From: an uncultured Methanosarcinaceae archaeon
Lineage (GTDB): Archaea; Halobacteriota; Methanosarcinia; Methanosarcinales; Methanosarcinaceae
Assembly (NCBI GenBank): GCA_963847185.1
Contig: CAWJYV010000007.1
Location: 192,001 to 256,000, forward strand
Length of the DNA: 64,000 nucleotides
Reading direction: 5' to 3'
Each line of letters starts with the position of its first letter. Position 1 is the stretch's first letter. Positions 51,203 to 60,924 of the stretch are shown piece after piece. The position numbers were made by a program, and so were the translations under genes. The notes beneath the pieces are model-generated. The model saw only the letters and a list, made by a program, of their open reading frames with translations, did no database searches and had not been told where the DNA came from.

Positions 51203-52093
51203 TTATTTTGTTGTGACTTCACAGCCGTCCTGAGTTATTATTATCGTGTGTTCTGCCTGGGCTACAAGCCCGCCTGCGATTTCAATAAGCACGGGATAAG
51301 CGTGAAGGATTCCGGCCCTTTCCAGCTGTATCAGTGCGAACTCAAGTTTGTCGGAATTTAGCCAGCGTTTTGCAAAAGGCAGCTCTTTATATTCTTCTGC
51401 CTGTTTCAGGACATTTCTGACATCAGGCATACGAACAGGCTTTTTCCTTATTATGCTGTATATCTCGGCCCAGTTTCCGTCATGAACAAGCCCTGCTCCG
51501 TTTGTTGCAAAAGGCTCTATTGCAAGCACATCTCCTTCCTTTAAAACAGCTCCTCCTTCCACATGCCTGTTAGGAACAGACGGGTTGTCATGAGCCTCAT
51601 AACAGGAAAGCCCGTGCCCTGTCAGGTTACTAATCGGGTTTAAACCATAACTGCGAATGCTGCTCTCTATCGCAGCCCCTATCTTTCCCGTAGCGATCCC
51701 TGGTCTTGCAACGTCAATAGCTGCGTCAAGAGCCTCTTCAGCTGCTTTTAAGATATCGGAGTTTCCAGATAGATCAACAGTTACGGCTGAGTCTGCTATG
51801 TATCCGTCCACATGGACTCCAAGGTCCAGCTTCACCATATCTTTTCCGAAAACGTCAGAGTCTCCTGCCTTTGGGGTTGCATGTGCAGCCTCCTCGTTTC
51901 TCGAGATATTGCAGGGAAAAGCGGGTCTGCCTCCAAGCTCTATGGTGCGTGTTTCCACAAAATCCGCAACTTTTAGCAGACTGTTTCCAACCCTTACCAT
52001 TTCCACGGCTTCAGCCCTGACAATCTTCAGAATCCTGCCCGCTTCCCTGTATTTTTCAAGGATCTCCTCTTTATTGCGTACGTTATCGGTCAT
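51203..52093 (-). CDS. map: Type II methionine aminopeptidase
   Basis: AFPCN, AAH, KLDLGVHVDGYIAD, NLTGH, AIEPFAT, QAEHT. Confidence 0.96.
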   Translation of the reverse strand: MTDNVRNKEEILEKYREAGRILKIVRAEAVEMVRVGNSLLKVADFVETRTIELGGRPAFPCNISRNEEAAHATPKAGDSDVFGKDMVKLDLGVHVDGYIADSAVTVDLSGNSDILKAAEEALDAAIDVARPGIATGKIGAAIESSIRSYGLNPISNLTGHGLSCYEAHDNPSVPNRHVEGGAVLKEGDVLAIEPFATNGAGLVHDGNWAEIYSIIRKKPVRMPDVRNVLKQAEEYKELPFAKRWLNSDKLEFALIQLERAGILHAYPVLIEIAGGLVAQAEHTIIITQDGCEVTTK

Positions 52094-52277
52094 GTTAACC
52101 TCTAATTGATATAATAAGTTCTGCCTTTAACTGGATATTATAATAAATTGTCAAATATTCTTATAATATTCTCAAAGATTCTTATAGTATTATCAAAAAT
52201 TCTTATAGTTGCGATGCTGCCAATTTTTAGTCTGAACAGTTTAGATCTAAATAAACGAAGCTTTTTAATTTTAGGTT

Positions 52278-53447
52278 TTATAATACAAATTTCTTTTCCA
52301 GCTCCGTAAGGTTCTCACAGCCATTCTCAGTAACCAGTACCATATCCTCGAGTCTGATTCCTCCGGTTTCAGGATAATAAAGGCCTGGTTCGATGGTAAT
52401 TACATTACCTGCCTCAAGCAGATCTCCGTTTTCTCCGACTGATGGCAGTTCATGTATGTCGAGTCCAACTCCATGTCCTGTGGAGTGGATAAATCCTGCC
52501 TTTGAACCGCTCCTGTACGTATCATAACCCTTATTTTCGAGTACGTCACAAACCGTGCTGTGAACTTCTGATGCGGGCACTCCAGGCTTAACCGTTTCAA
52601 GCCCTTTTTCCTGGGCTGCAAGTACAGCTTTATACATTTCTTTGAGTTCTTCCGAAGCCTCTCCGTGGAGCACTGTGCGCGTCATATCCGCAAAATAACG
52701 TTTTTTCTTGCTTCTCGGGAAAATGTCCAGAATAATCGGAGCATTCACCGTTAGAGGCCCACTCGTAGTTCCATGGGGGTTTGCCGTATCCTTCCCGCAT
52801 GAAACAATAGTTTCTTCGGCTTCGCATCCAAAATCAAGCAACGTATGGTCAATGATTGAATTTACTTTCTCCCCGGTAAGTACCTGCTCCTCATAATAGA
52901 GAACACCATCTTTTTCTTCTGCCCCTTCAATCACTGCTATGGCTGCCTTCATTGCGTTTTCTCCGGCCTTCTGTGCATATTTTATAGCCTCAATCTCCTC
53001 ATCTCTTTTAATACTCCTCATTTTCCTGAAAGGGCTTTTTAAGGGTACTATGGAAAAGCCTGCTCCTTTGAGGAAATTCGAATAGAATGTAGGAAAATCG
53101 TAAGGTACCGAAATTTTCTTGACTCCTTCTCCCTGGAGTAGTTCCGATACACAGGCTGCGTAGGCAATAGACGTGTCTTTTTTTTCCTTGACCTTCTCTC
53201 TGTATTTCAAATCCTGAAGCGTCTTTATATTGGAAATCCTGGACTCGATTTCAGCCCTTCCCTTTTCCATATCAGAAATAATAATTATTTCTCCGCCTTT
53301 TTCCGTCTGCAGATAAACAAAGTCATCCGAAGCCAGGAAATGGGTTGCATAGTAAATATCGGCATTATGGATATTCCCTGTCATCAGATATGCATCAGTT
53401 CCTGCTTCCTGAAGGGTCTTCTTAATGCTTAATTCTGTTCCTGTCAT
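52278..53447 (-). CDS. pepQ: Xaa-Pro peptidase (M24B)
   Basis: PH, DIFP, YFADMTRT, HSTGHGVGLDIHE, TIEPGLY, GIRLED. Confidence 0.9.
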   Translation of the reverse strand: MTGTELSIKKTLQEAGTDAYLMTGNIHNADIYYATHFLASDDFVYLQTEKGGEIIIISDMEKGRAEIESRISNIKTLQDLKYREKVKEKKDTSIAYAACVSELLQGEGVKKISVPYDFPTFYSNFLKGAGFSIVPLKSPFRKMRSIKRDEEIEAIKYAQKAGENAMKAAIAVIEGAEEKDGVLYYEEQVLTGEKVNSIIDHTLLDFGCEAEETIVSCGKDTANPHGTTSGPLTVNAPIILDIFPRSKKKRYFADMTRTVLHGEASEELKEMYKAVLAAQEKGLETVKPGVPASEVHSTVCDVLENKGYDTYRSGSKAGFIHSTGHGVGLDIHELPSVGENGDLLEAGNVITIEPGLYYPETGGIRLEDMVLVTENGCENLTELEKKFVL

Positions 53448-53511
53448 GCAGGGTAATTGAAGCGTATATGGATAAAATTCTTATTGTCAGGTTCTTTCCT
53501 GTCTATTGTTT

Positions 53512-54105
53512 TCAGGCATTCCCGTTTATTCTTATTACTTCTGCTTTTATTTCATGGTCCAAAATAAGAAGTTCTTCAAGCTTCTCAAAATAACGGTTCA
53601 AAGAGGCTGTCATCTCGTCCGAAAATCTGAGAAAACATGCATATTTTCTCCTTCCCCTCTCTTTCACCCATATTTTGTTTTCAGTCTTCTCTTCATCTCT
53701 TTCTTTCATGTTCCCCAAAATTTCTGAGGCACATCCAAGAATCATTCGAATGCTTGAACTCAGTTCCCTTCTCATTTTTTCTTTTTTAAACTCAAGGTAG
53801 TCCTGTGAAAGCCCTACACCTGGTAGCGAGCTTCTGTGAATCCAGTATTCATCGTTATTGAGATTAACTTCAACCACATCAGGAATTTTAATAGTTAATT
53901 CCTTCAGGTCTAATTCTAATTCTAGTTCCCTGAGTTTTTCAATCTCGAACTTCGAATTCTCAGGAGAGAATCCACTATCTAGAAAACAGAGACTCATCTC
54001 CATTTCTCTTCTAATCCATTCCGAAGTAAATTGTTTGGTAGCTTCAATAAAAATACGGGCTTCAATCTCCATTTTTTCTCTGGTGTCTTTCAATCTCTCT
54101 TGCAT
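53512..54105 (-). CDS. Hypothetical helical protein (possibly with frameshifted N-terminus from ATG 54185)
   Basis: 197-aa Glu/Lys-rich ORF; upstream MEIEAKTPEIETDTPDTP lies in another frame. Confidence 0.7.
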   Translation of the reverse strand: MQERLKDTREKMEIEARIFIEATKQFTSEWIRREMEMSLCFLDSGFSPENSKFEIEKLRELELELDLKELTIKIPDVVEVNLNNDEYWIHRSSLPGVGLSQDYLEFKKEKMRRELSSSIRMILGCASEILGNMKERDEEKTENKIWVKERGRRKYACFLRFSDEMTASLNRYFEKLEELLILDHEIKAEVIRINGNA

Positions 54106-54446
54106 GAAGTCAATTTTTTCCTTGGGAATACAGGAGTATCAGGAGTATCAGTTTCAATTTCAGGAGTCTTAGCTTCAATTTCCATCTCTTATATCTTTCC
54201 ACTTCTACCTTCTTTCCAATTTTCTATGTTTCTTTTCTCTTACATAATTTCTTTATTCAATTGTACTTCAGAGTTAAAGCTCTAAGGCTTATAAATATTC
54301 TAAATTTCTGAATCTCTTACTCAGTGAAAGCAAAAATGTAAATATTTCAGATGGAAATGAAAACAATGTAGCAGTAAAATGTTGCTCGTATTAAATTTCA
54401 CATGTATGAACAACTGCAAAAAATAAGAGCTTTAAAACGAGAAAAA

Positions 54447-54475
54447 TAGCAACACTTTAGGGATAAACGTTGGTA
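54447..54475. other. Imperfect palindrome, 11-7-11 (candidate recombination or protein-binding site A)
   Basis: TAGCAACACTT-TAGGGAT-AAACGTTGGTA; resembles the reverse complement of 60925-60952, including the flanking GAAAAA. Confidence 0.45.
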
Positions 54476-54563
54476 TTTTAGTGAAATCCTTCAAGTGCTG
54501 GTAAATTTAGGAGTTTTTTATCAAAGAAAGATCTGGTTAATCAAGAACTGATTTTTCCAGTTA

Positions 54564-55796
54564 TTATTTTGACTTCCTTACATACCCAAATATTCCTAAT
54601 ACTATTGCAAGTACCCAAACCGGGCTCATGAAAGGAGAGCTTTTTTCTTTTATCCCTGTATTATTTGTCTGATTCTCGGTTTGAGTTATAGGATTTAATA
54701 AAGGGGTACTGTTTGATTCTATAGTAGAATTGGATTGCGTTACTGGATCTATAAAATGCCCGGCAATTCCACAAGGACCTTTTCCTACATTCACAGTGGC
54801 TGTAACATTATTTGTTGCCGTGTCAATTATAGAGACATTATTGCTGGCATAGTTTGTCACATATGCTTTTTTTCCATCTGGAGTTACTGCGACTCCAACA
54901 GGCTTAACTCCCACAGGAATTGTAGCTATAACATTGTTACTTGCTGTATCAATTACAGAAACAGTATTAGAATCTTGGTTAACCACATATGCCTTTGTTC
55001 CTGCTGGGTTTACTGCAATTGAATAAGGACAGTCTCCTACATCCACAGTCGCAGTAACATTATTTGTTGCCGTGTCAATTACAGAGACATTATTGCTTAA
55101 TTCATTCGCTACGTATACTTTTGTTCCATCTGGGTTGACTATAACATCCCACGGGCCTTTTCCTACATTTACACTGGCTATAACATCTTTTGTGGCTATG
55201 TCAATTGCAGAGACAGTGTTGTTACGCCCATTCGTAACGTAGATTTTTTTCCCATCTGGGGTTACTGCAGCTCCGCAAGGATCAATTCCAACACTTAACG
55301 TTTCTATTACGCTGTTTGTGGCTGTGTCAATTACTGAGGCATTGGTACTATTGTGGATCGTCACATATACCCTTGTTCCTGCCGGATTAACTGCAATTCC
55401 CCAAGGGCATACTCCTACATTCACTGTGGTGTTAATTGTATTTGTGGCTGTGTCAATTACTGAGACATTAGTTGTGAGTAAGCCTGAATCCGCTACATAT
55501 ACTTTTGTTTCATCTGATGTGGCTACGATTCCCCAAGGAGAAACTGCAACAGGAATTGTAGCTGTAATAGTGTCCGTTGCTGTATCAATCACAGAGATAG
55601 TCTTGCTCTCTTCGTTTGTAATGTATGCAAATGGAGCTGCACCTGCAATACTAGCCAGTATTAAAATTGCAAGTGTTATTATCCCTAAAGATTTTATGAC
55701 TAAATGCTCTCTATGTGCTTTATTGGACACTGTCACAGATGAGAATGGAATCGAAAAGGCTGCAATCGGTATTGTTAATATAGTTCTACTTTTCAT
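54564..55796 (-). CDS. YVTN beta-propeller surface protein with C-terminal TM anchor
   Basis: ILASIAGA/APFAYITN signal, about seven VYVTN...VSVIDTAT repeats, C-terminal SPFMSP + TM + RKSK; true start uncertain. Confidence 0.88.
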   Translation of the reverse strand: MKSRTILTIPIAAFSIPFSSVTVSNKAHREHLVIKSLGIITLAILILASIAGAAPFAYITNEESKTISVIDTATDTITATIPVAVSPWGIVATSDETKVYVADSGLLTTNVSVIDTATNTINTTVNVGVCPWGIAVNPAGTRVYVTIHNSTNASVIDTATNSVIETLSVGIDPCGAAVTPDGKKIYVTNGRNNTVSAIDIATKDVIASVNVGKGPWDVIVNPDGTKVYVANELSNNVSVIDTATNNVTATVDVGDCPYSIAVNPAGTKAYVVNQDSNTVSVIDTASNNVIATIPVGVKPVGVAVTPDGKKAYVTNYASNNVSIIDTATNNVTATVNVGKGPCGIAGHFIDPVTQSNSTIESNSTPLLNPITQTENQTNNTGIKEKSSPFMSPVWVLAIVLGIFGYVRKSK

Positions 55797-56385
55797 CTTT
55801 TATCCCCGATCAGTTTTTTTTCATGCTTGTTTGTTAATAAATTTGGACTTCGGATATTTTTCTAAAATATTCATCAATTTAGACTGATTTTCACTTAAAA
55901 GTTACTTCTAAAGATAAATATATAATTAATATTTGAAAAGTGATAAATAAAAAAAGTAAAAAGTATTATTCTGTGTATATCTTTTCAAGATTAAATTTTT
56001 AAAGTTCTTATTACAAATTCAACCCTAATTATTGTATTACGCATTTTCCAAAAATATAAAATTATGAAATTTTACTGCGGAAAATGCGTTACATCATTTG
56101 GCTGTGCACTTGCTGATGCTACTGTTAATGAAGTTACAAAAAAGACCAGCGTAAAAGCCTACAGGACCTTTATATTTTATTTAACATTTTACTAACTCCT
56201 GAGAATTTCGAAAAAAACCTAATTTGTTTAATTTAGAGTTACAATTTGCTGGAATTGGAGTTTTATTGATATTCTCCTTTTATTTTTACTCAATGAATTC
56301 AATTAGACTATAAGACACATTTATCTCATTTTCTTATTTATCCAAACTTATACCCGGGCTACCTACTTCCTGGCGCTTCAATAGC

Positions 56386-56633
56386 CTTCTGATTCGGTAG
56401 GTTTGTTAATTTTTTACCCTGAACTATTCTTCAGGAGGATTTGTTATTTAAGTTTTATAGAACAGAATGACGTAGTTAGATTGTAAAAATGAACGCCGTT
56501 TCGTAGATGTGCAGGGAGCTTTGAGGGGGGCTCCCTGCAATTCAAAATCTTCTTTTTCTAATTGTTATTTCCTTATAATTTCAAAAAAATTAATATTAGG
56601 AGACATGAAATACATGTGCCCTGTGACGTTTTT
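56386..56633. repeat. ~250-bp direct repeat, copy 1 (candidate ncRNA/regulatory module)
   Basis: Aligns with 57894-58142; identical 50-bp core 56500-56549 containing the TGCAGGGAGC/GCTCCCTGCA hairpin. Confidence 0.9.
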
Positions 56634-57061
56634 ATACCATGGTTAAAATACGAAGCAGAACTTTGGAAGCAGAACTTTGCGTTAAGGCCTGCCAAAAACT
56701 GCAAATAAAGTACTAGCGTCAAGAACAAAAATCATGCCCTTTTCACCTCTTCTTAATTACTCTTTTTCTATGAGGTGGTTTAAGAACATTAGGCATTTAA
56801 TTTTTTTTGCATTTTATAGTGTCAGAATGTCAACCATTGACTTCATCAAAACTTATACCATGGCTTCTTACTACCGGGTGCTTCTATTGCCTTCTGATTA
56901 ATTGATGTTTGAATCTGCAGAAAATAATTTTATACGTTGTTTTAAGGTCCTCTTTATCCAGGCTGGCTTTATCGAGTTATTTTTATGGGGGAACAATAGC
57001 ACCTTTAATCTGGCAAATTAGGCACAATAACCTTTTAAAATTGATCTTTTTGAGGCCCTAT

Positions 57062-57616
57062 TTAATATAGAAGTCCCAAGTGATTGAGCTCTTTCCGGAG
57101 GATCCGTAGAGCCTCCTCGCAATCCTCCGTAACTTTTCCACCTGCGATTACCACCTTGCCAGAACTGAAAATGAGCATTACTACCTTGGGAACCTCTATC
57201 CTGTAAACAAGCCCGGGAAATACTTCTGGCTCATACTCGACGTTTTCCATGCCAAAGGCCATAACAACAGCGTTCAGGTTTAAATTCGTCTTTAAATCTG
57301 CGGAGGCTACAATGTTCTGAATATGAATCTCAGGCTCATGATCTATTTTTTCGCAGCCTATGAACTTGAGTGTATTAATCAGATTTATTATAGCCGTGCG
57401 AACGTTCTCGATATTTTTTAATCCTGTGCATACCACTTTTCCGGAAGTGAAAATCAGAAAGCATGCTTTGGGATCCTCAATTCTGTAAACAAGGCCGGGG
57501 AACTTCACTTTGTTATATTCTGCACTTTCAAGCCTGGCTTTGATCTTATTCAAATCGAAATCTTCTCCCAGCTTAGTGGATGCTACTATGTTCTGGATAT
57601 CAATCATGGACTCCAT
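57062..57616 (-). CDS. tbp: TATA-box-binding protein (paralog)
   Basis: Two direct repeats: IQNIVAS...[10 protein letters not shown]...LIFxSGKVV. Confidence 0.95.
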   Translation of the reverse strand: MESMIDIQNIVASTKLGEDFDLNKIKARLESAEYNKVKFPGLVYRIEDPKACFLIFTSGKVVCTGLKNIENVRTAIINLINTLKFIGCEKIDHEPEIHIQNIVASADLKTNLNLNAVVMAFGMENVEYEPEVFPGLVYRIEVPKVVMLIFSSGKVVIAGGKVTEDCEEALRILRKELNHLGLLY

Positions 57617-57893
57617 GCAAAACTGTCTTAAATGTTCAATAGATGTAGTTGTCGGTTTAAGACATAAAATGATTAAATAAATTACTAATGTATATGTGAC
57701 AAACTGTCCAGATCAAATATTATAGCGAATTTCGATAAACCCCAATTTTTAGCTGGTTGTATATAAAATAGTATATAACCATTTTGTTGAAATCAGAGGT
57801 TTATTGCAATCTCCTATATATATCACAAAATTATTTTTAAATAAAAAACTTACCACAACTTCAAAAACAGTTTTTCTCTTGTTTCTCTATAAT

Positions 57894-58142
57894 CTTCTGA
57901 TTCGATAAGTTTGTTAATTTTTTTGCTCTGAATTATTCTTCAGGATGATTTCTTCTTTAAGTTTTATAAAAAAGAAAGACGTAGTTAGATTGCAAGATAA
58001 ACCTAGATTCGTAGATGTGCAGGGAGCTTTGAGGGGGGCTCCCTGCAATTCAAAATCCTTTTTTTCTAATTGCTATTTCCTCATTTTATCTCTTAAAATT
58101 AGTATGGGAAACATGGAATACATGTTTCTGATGATGTTTTTT
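57894..58142. repeat. ~250-bp direct repeat, copy 2
   Basis: Core 58008-58057 identical to 56500-56549; flanks diverged but alignable. Confidence 0.9.
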
Positions 58143-58377
58143 CTGAACTCGAATGTTCTATGTCTTGGAGAAATATGGTAGTTTTGAGCGATAAACCCAA
58201 TATGGAGTGCAAAAAGATAATTTTCGTTTTTCTGAATAGCAATGTTTGATACAACATTGCCTTTGATAATTTGATTATTTGCCGTTGAACTATAAAGTTA
58301 ACATCTTAGTAGGGTCATACCTGAAGCAATGTCTTATGAGAGTGCTTTTACCGATACAAGCCTTAAAATCCTCTTTT

Positions 58378-59508
58378 TTAGCTTTTGAGAGAATGTCTAA
58401 TTATACACCGAGGCTTCTGCTTCAAATTATGGACCGCGACTTCTGCCAGGTCAGATCCTCCCCGGAAATTATATTTTGTATTACCTTTTACGAAACCGCT
58501 AATGAGTCCTGTCTCCGGAGAATACTCGATAAATGAATTATTCCCCTGGACAATGCCTCTGATTGTGATGTCGTCGGAAGCTGAGGTCATATTATATTTG
58601 CCTGTATTCCCGTCAGAAACCGTAAGCAAACGGACCTGTTCTGAGGTATCTACGGTAATCCCATCACTATTCAGAACAGTTGCGTATTTCTGGGTCACGT
58701 TGTACGACATGTTAGTTCTCGCCCACTTAGCCCAGTTCTCTGTCAGTGAAGATGCGATTCTACCGTCAGCATAGAGAACATAGGGAATGGTTATATTATG
58801 TGTAGTTTGGTTGACATTGCCTAAGATGAGGTTTCCTTTCTGACAGAGCATAACAATCCCGGCTGTCCCGTCCTCTGCAACCGTGTCGATATATCCGGTA
58901 AACGGTGTGAATGTTGTTTTCCCATGTGCAGTAATTTTTCCGGTAAACACGTTTCCTTCCTGGCTGTCTATCTTGTAAACACTGTTCTGGGCAGTTGTCC
59001 AGGCCCCGGTAAGATCAGGGAGTGCCGTTCTGTCATCGGGAATTGTCTTTCCGTTACGAACTGCGAGATCCGTCTGGACCATGAGAACCCCGCCTGAATT
59101 GGCGATCATCTTCGTTGAGAAAACGTCATCAGATTCTATAATCCCGCTTCTGAACAATTTGGTGTTCCCTTCATTTCCATAGCTGAAGAAATGTGTACCG
59201 TGTTTATCGTCAATGGCAAAGAATAAAGGAGAGCTGGAATCCTCCACGATCGTAAACAACCTGTCATACTGAGTGACGGTGTAAACTTTTCCTGAGTTGT
59301 CTGTGGTAAATCCGCCGGACGCTGAGTCGTAGGTGATACCTGATACGGTTGTAAAAACTCCATTGATGTTATATGGTACTTGCTTTAACCCGGTATCTGT
59401 TACCAGGTGTTCAGGATTGACATAGCTCGCGGTGGTTGTTCCTGCAATTAGAAAAAGAATTGCCAGGGACAGACTCAACGCAGTAGATATCTTGTGAATT
59501 GCTTTCAT
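58378..59508 (-). CDS. Secreted hypothetical protein, beta-rich
   Basis: GGAGGA SD, signal peptide MKAIHKISTALSLSLAILFLIAGTTTA/S, Thr/Gly/Asn-rich. Confidence 0.8.
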   Translation of the reverse strand: MKAIHKISTALSLSLAILFLIAGTTTASYVNPEHLVTDTGLKQVPYNINGVFTTVSGITYDSASGGFTTDNSGKVYTVTQYDRLFTIVEDSSSPLFFAIDDKHGTHFFSYGNEGNTKLFRSGIIESDDVFSTKMIANSGGVLMVQTDLAVRNGKTIPDDRTALPDLTGAWTTAQNSVYKIDSQEGNVFTGKITAHGKTTFTPFTGYIDTVAEDGTAGIVMLCQKGNLILGNVNQTTHNITIPYVLYADGRIASSLTENWAKWARTNMSYNVTQKYATVLNSDGITVDTSEQVRLLTVSDGNTGKYNMTSASDDITIRGIVQGNNSFIEYSPETGLISGFVKGNTKYNFRGGSDLAEVAVHNLKQKPRCIIRHSLKS

Positions 59509-59701
59509 TTCTCATTCCTCCTAGTTTTTTTCATCACATTTTACAGGAATTTTGTAATTTTAAATGTTAGCATGTTGTACTATGATGTTTGAACAGGCTT
59601 ATTTTTCTGGCTTTCTATCACGTTTTCAGGGAAGGAATTGAGTTCTTTTTAGAAAGGATTCTCTAATGGGCTTGTTATTGGATGATATCTGAAGATTAGG
59701 A

Positions 59702-59815
59702 TAGGACTTACGCACTTGAGGGTTGAAATCAAGCACATGCAAACTAGTCGGTAGAATTTTGATACAGTTAAGTATTTTTCCGTTTTTGTTTTTCAGTTCA
59801 ACTGCGTAAGTCCTA
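59702..59815. mobile_element. 114-bp MITE with 18-bp terminal inverted repeats and 5-bp TSD (TAGGA)
   Basis: Left TAGGACTTACGCACTTGA; right (rc) TAGGACTTACGCAGTTGA (17/18); TAGGA at 59697-59701 and 59816-59820; no ORF. Confidence 0.88.
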
Positions 59816-59881
59816 TAGGAAAAAGAAGACTTTTTTCAATAATATATAATCCAAAAGGAGAATGAAGTTTGAAAACCGGAT

Positions 59882-60232
59882 TTATTTTTTATATCCAAAT
59901 TTTTTGTCGTATTTTTTATGATTAATTATGTCAAGAACTAATACGATAATTTCAATACCTGAATTTCCTGCAGTAAGTGTATAAAGCATTCTCCAAAAAT
60001 ACGGAAGTTCAACTCTAAACAGGTTTGTGATTCCATATTTAGTCTTATATTCGGCAGGAATTAGTTTTTTGGCAATAGGCTGTCAATAGTGAATATTTTC
60101 CTTTAGTAAATCTACTTTCTGAAGAAACGCATTAAGGATAACGTCTTCTTGCTTTGAGTCTGACGCTTTTTACGTGAATCTATGATATGCATCTGCAGCC
60201 TCAGGGGTAAGAATTACTCTGACAGATTTCAT
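59882..60232 (-). pseudogene. RelE/ParE-like toxin pseudogene with two in-frame stops
   Basis: 117 codons: MKSVRVILTPEAADAYHRFT*KASD...NIHY*QPIAKKLIPAEYKTKYGITNLFRVELPYFWRMLYTL...VLDIINHKKYDKKFGYKK; ATGA overlap with the upstream gene. Confidence 0.7.
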
Positions 60233-60507
60233 AGCTCAATTCCATGAGTCACTGCCTTTCTCAAATTTTCATTTCTGCTGTGAATCCAGGTTATTCCTTT
60301 AAGTCCAACTGCAATTTTATTCCCTTGTTCAAGATAATCCAAAATAACCATCAAAGTATTGTGATTAACCTGTTTAGGCAGCATCCTTTTTAGTTCTGCA
60401 ACTGTTATGACACTGTCTTGGCTGTTTTTGAGAGTGTCTTCCACCATAAGAATGGTATTCAGAGTAGGGGAAGGTCTTGTTTTATCAGAACTTATTGCTT
60501 CTGCCAT
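60229..60507 (-). CDS. Small winged-helix-like protein, putative antitoxin
   Basis: 92 aa from ATG 60507 after GGAGG; PTLNTILMVE...TVAELKRMLPKQVNHNTL; translationally coupled to the toxin-like pseudogene. Confidence 0.72.
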   Translation of the reverse strand: MAEAISSDKTRPSPTLNTILMVEDTLKNSQDSVITVAELKRMLPKQVNHNTLMVILDYLEQGNKIAVGLKGITWIHSRNENLRKAVTHGIEL

Positions 60508-60924
60508 TTTATGCCTCCAGAGTATTTGTAATAGATTATGATACATCACATTTTATTATTTGTACATAAGAATTAGTTATTGATTAATATCAAATTGATA
60601 TTTGTAAATACTTATGTTTTTCGGGTATAGTATCATAAAAATTTTTATTCTGGATTTCTGACAGCGTTTTACTCTAAAACTTTATTGATTTTTTTGTTTA
60701 GCCACGTAGTTCTTGCCTACTTGCAGCTATAGCTCCAAATAATAGTGCTATAAAAATCGAATCGCAGAGAGTTGAGAACGTTAAATTTTTAAATTTTAAA
60801 AAATATATGATTGAGGCTGCAAATGTTATTACAAATATGACAATTCCTAACTCTACATTCATCTTGTTTCTATATGCTTGACATATAAAATAACTTTTCT
60901 ATGAAGCGTTTTTTCTAATACTTA

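Noticed and set aside
57945-58181. 78-aa ORF across repeat copy 2
   Set aside because: Start codon and frame are not preserved in copy 1; conservation is better explained by the hairpin.
60083-60172. Pyl/Sec recoding of stops in the toxin-like gene
   Set aside because: Stops are TAA and TGA, not TAG; TAA is not recoded and Methanosarcina is not known to use selenocysteine.
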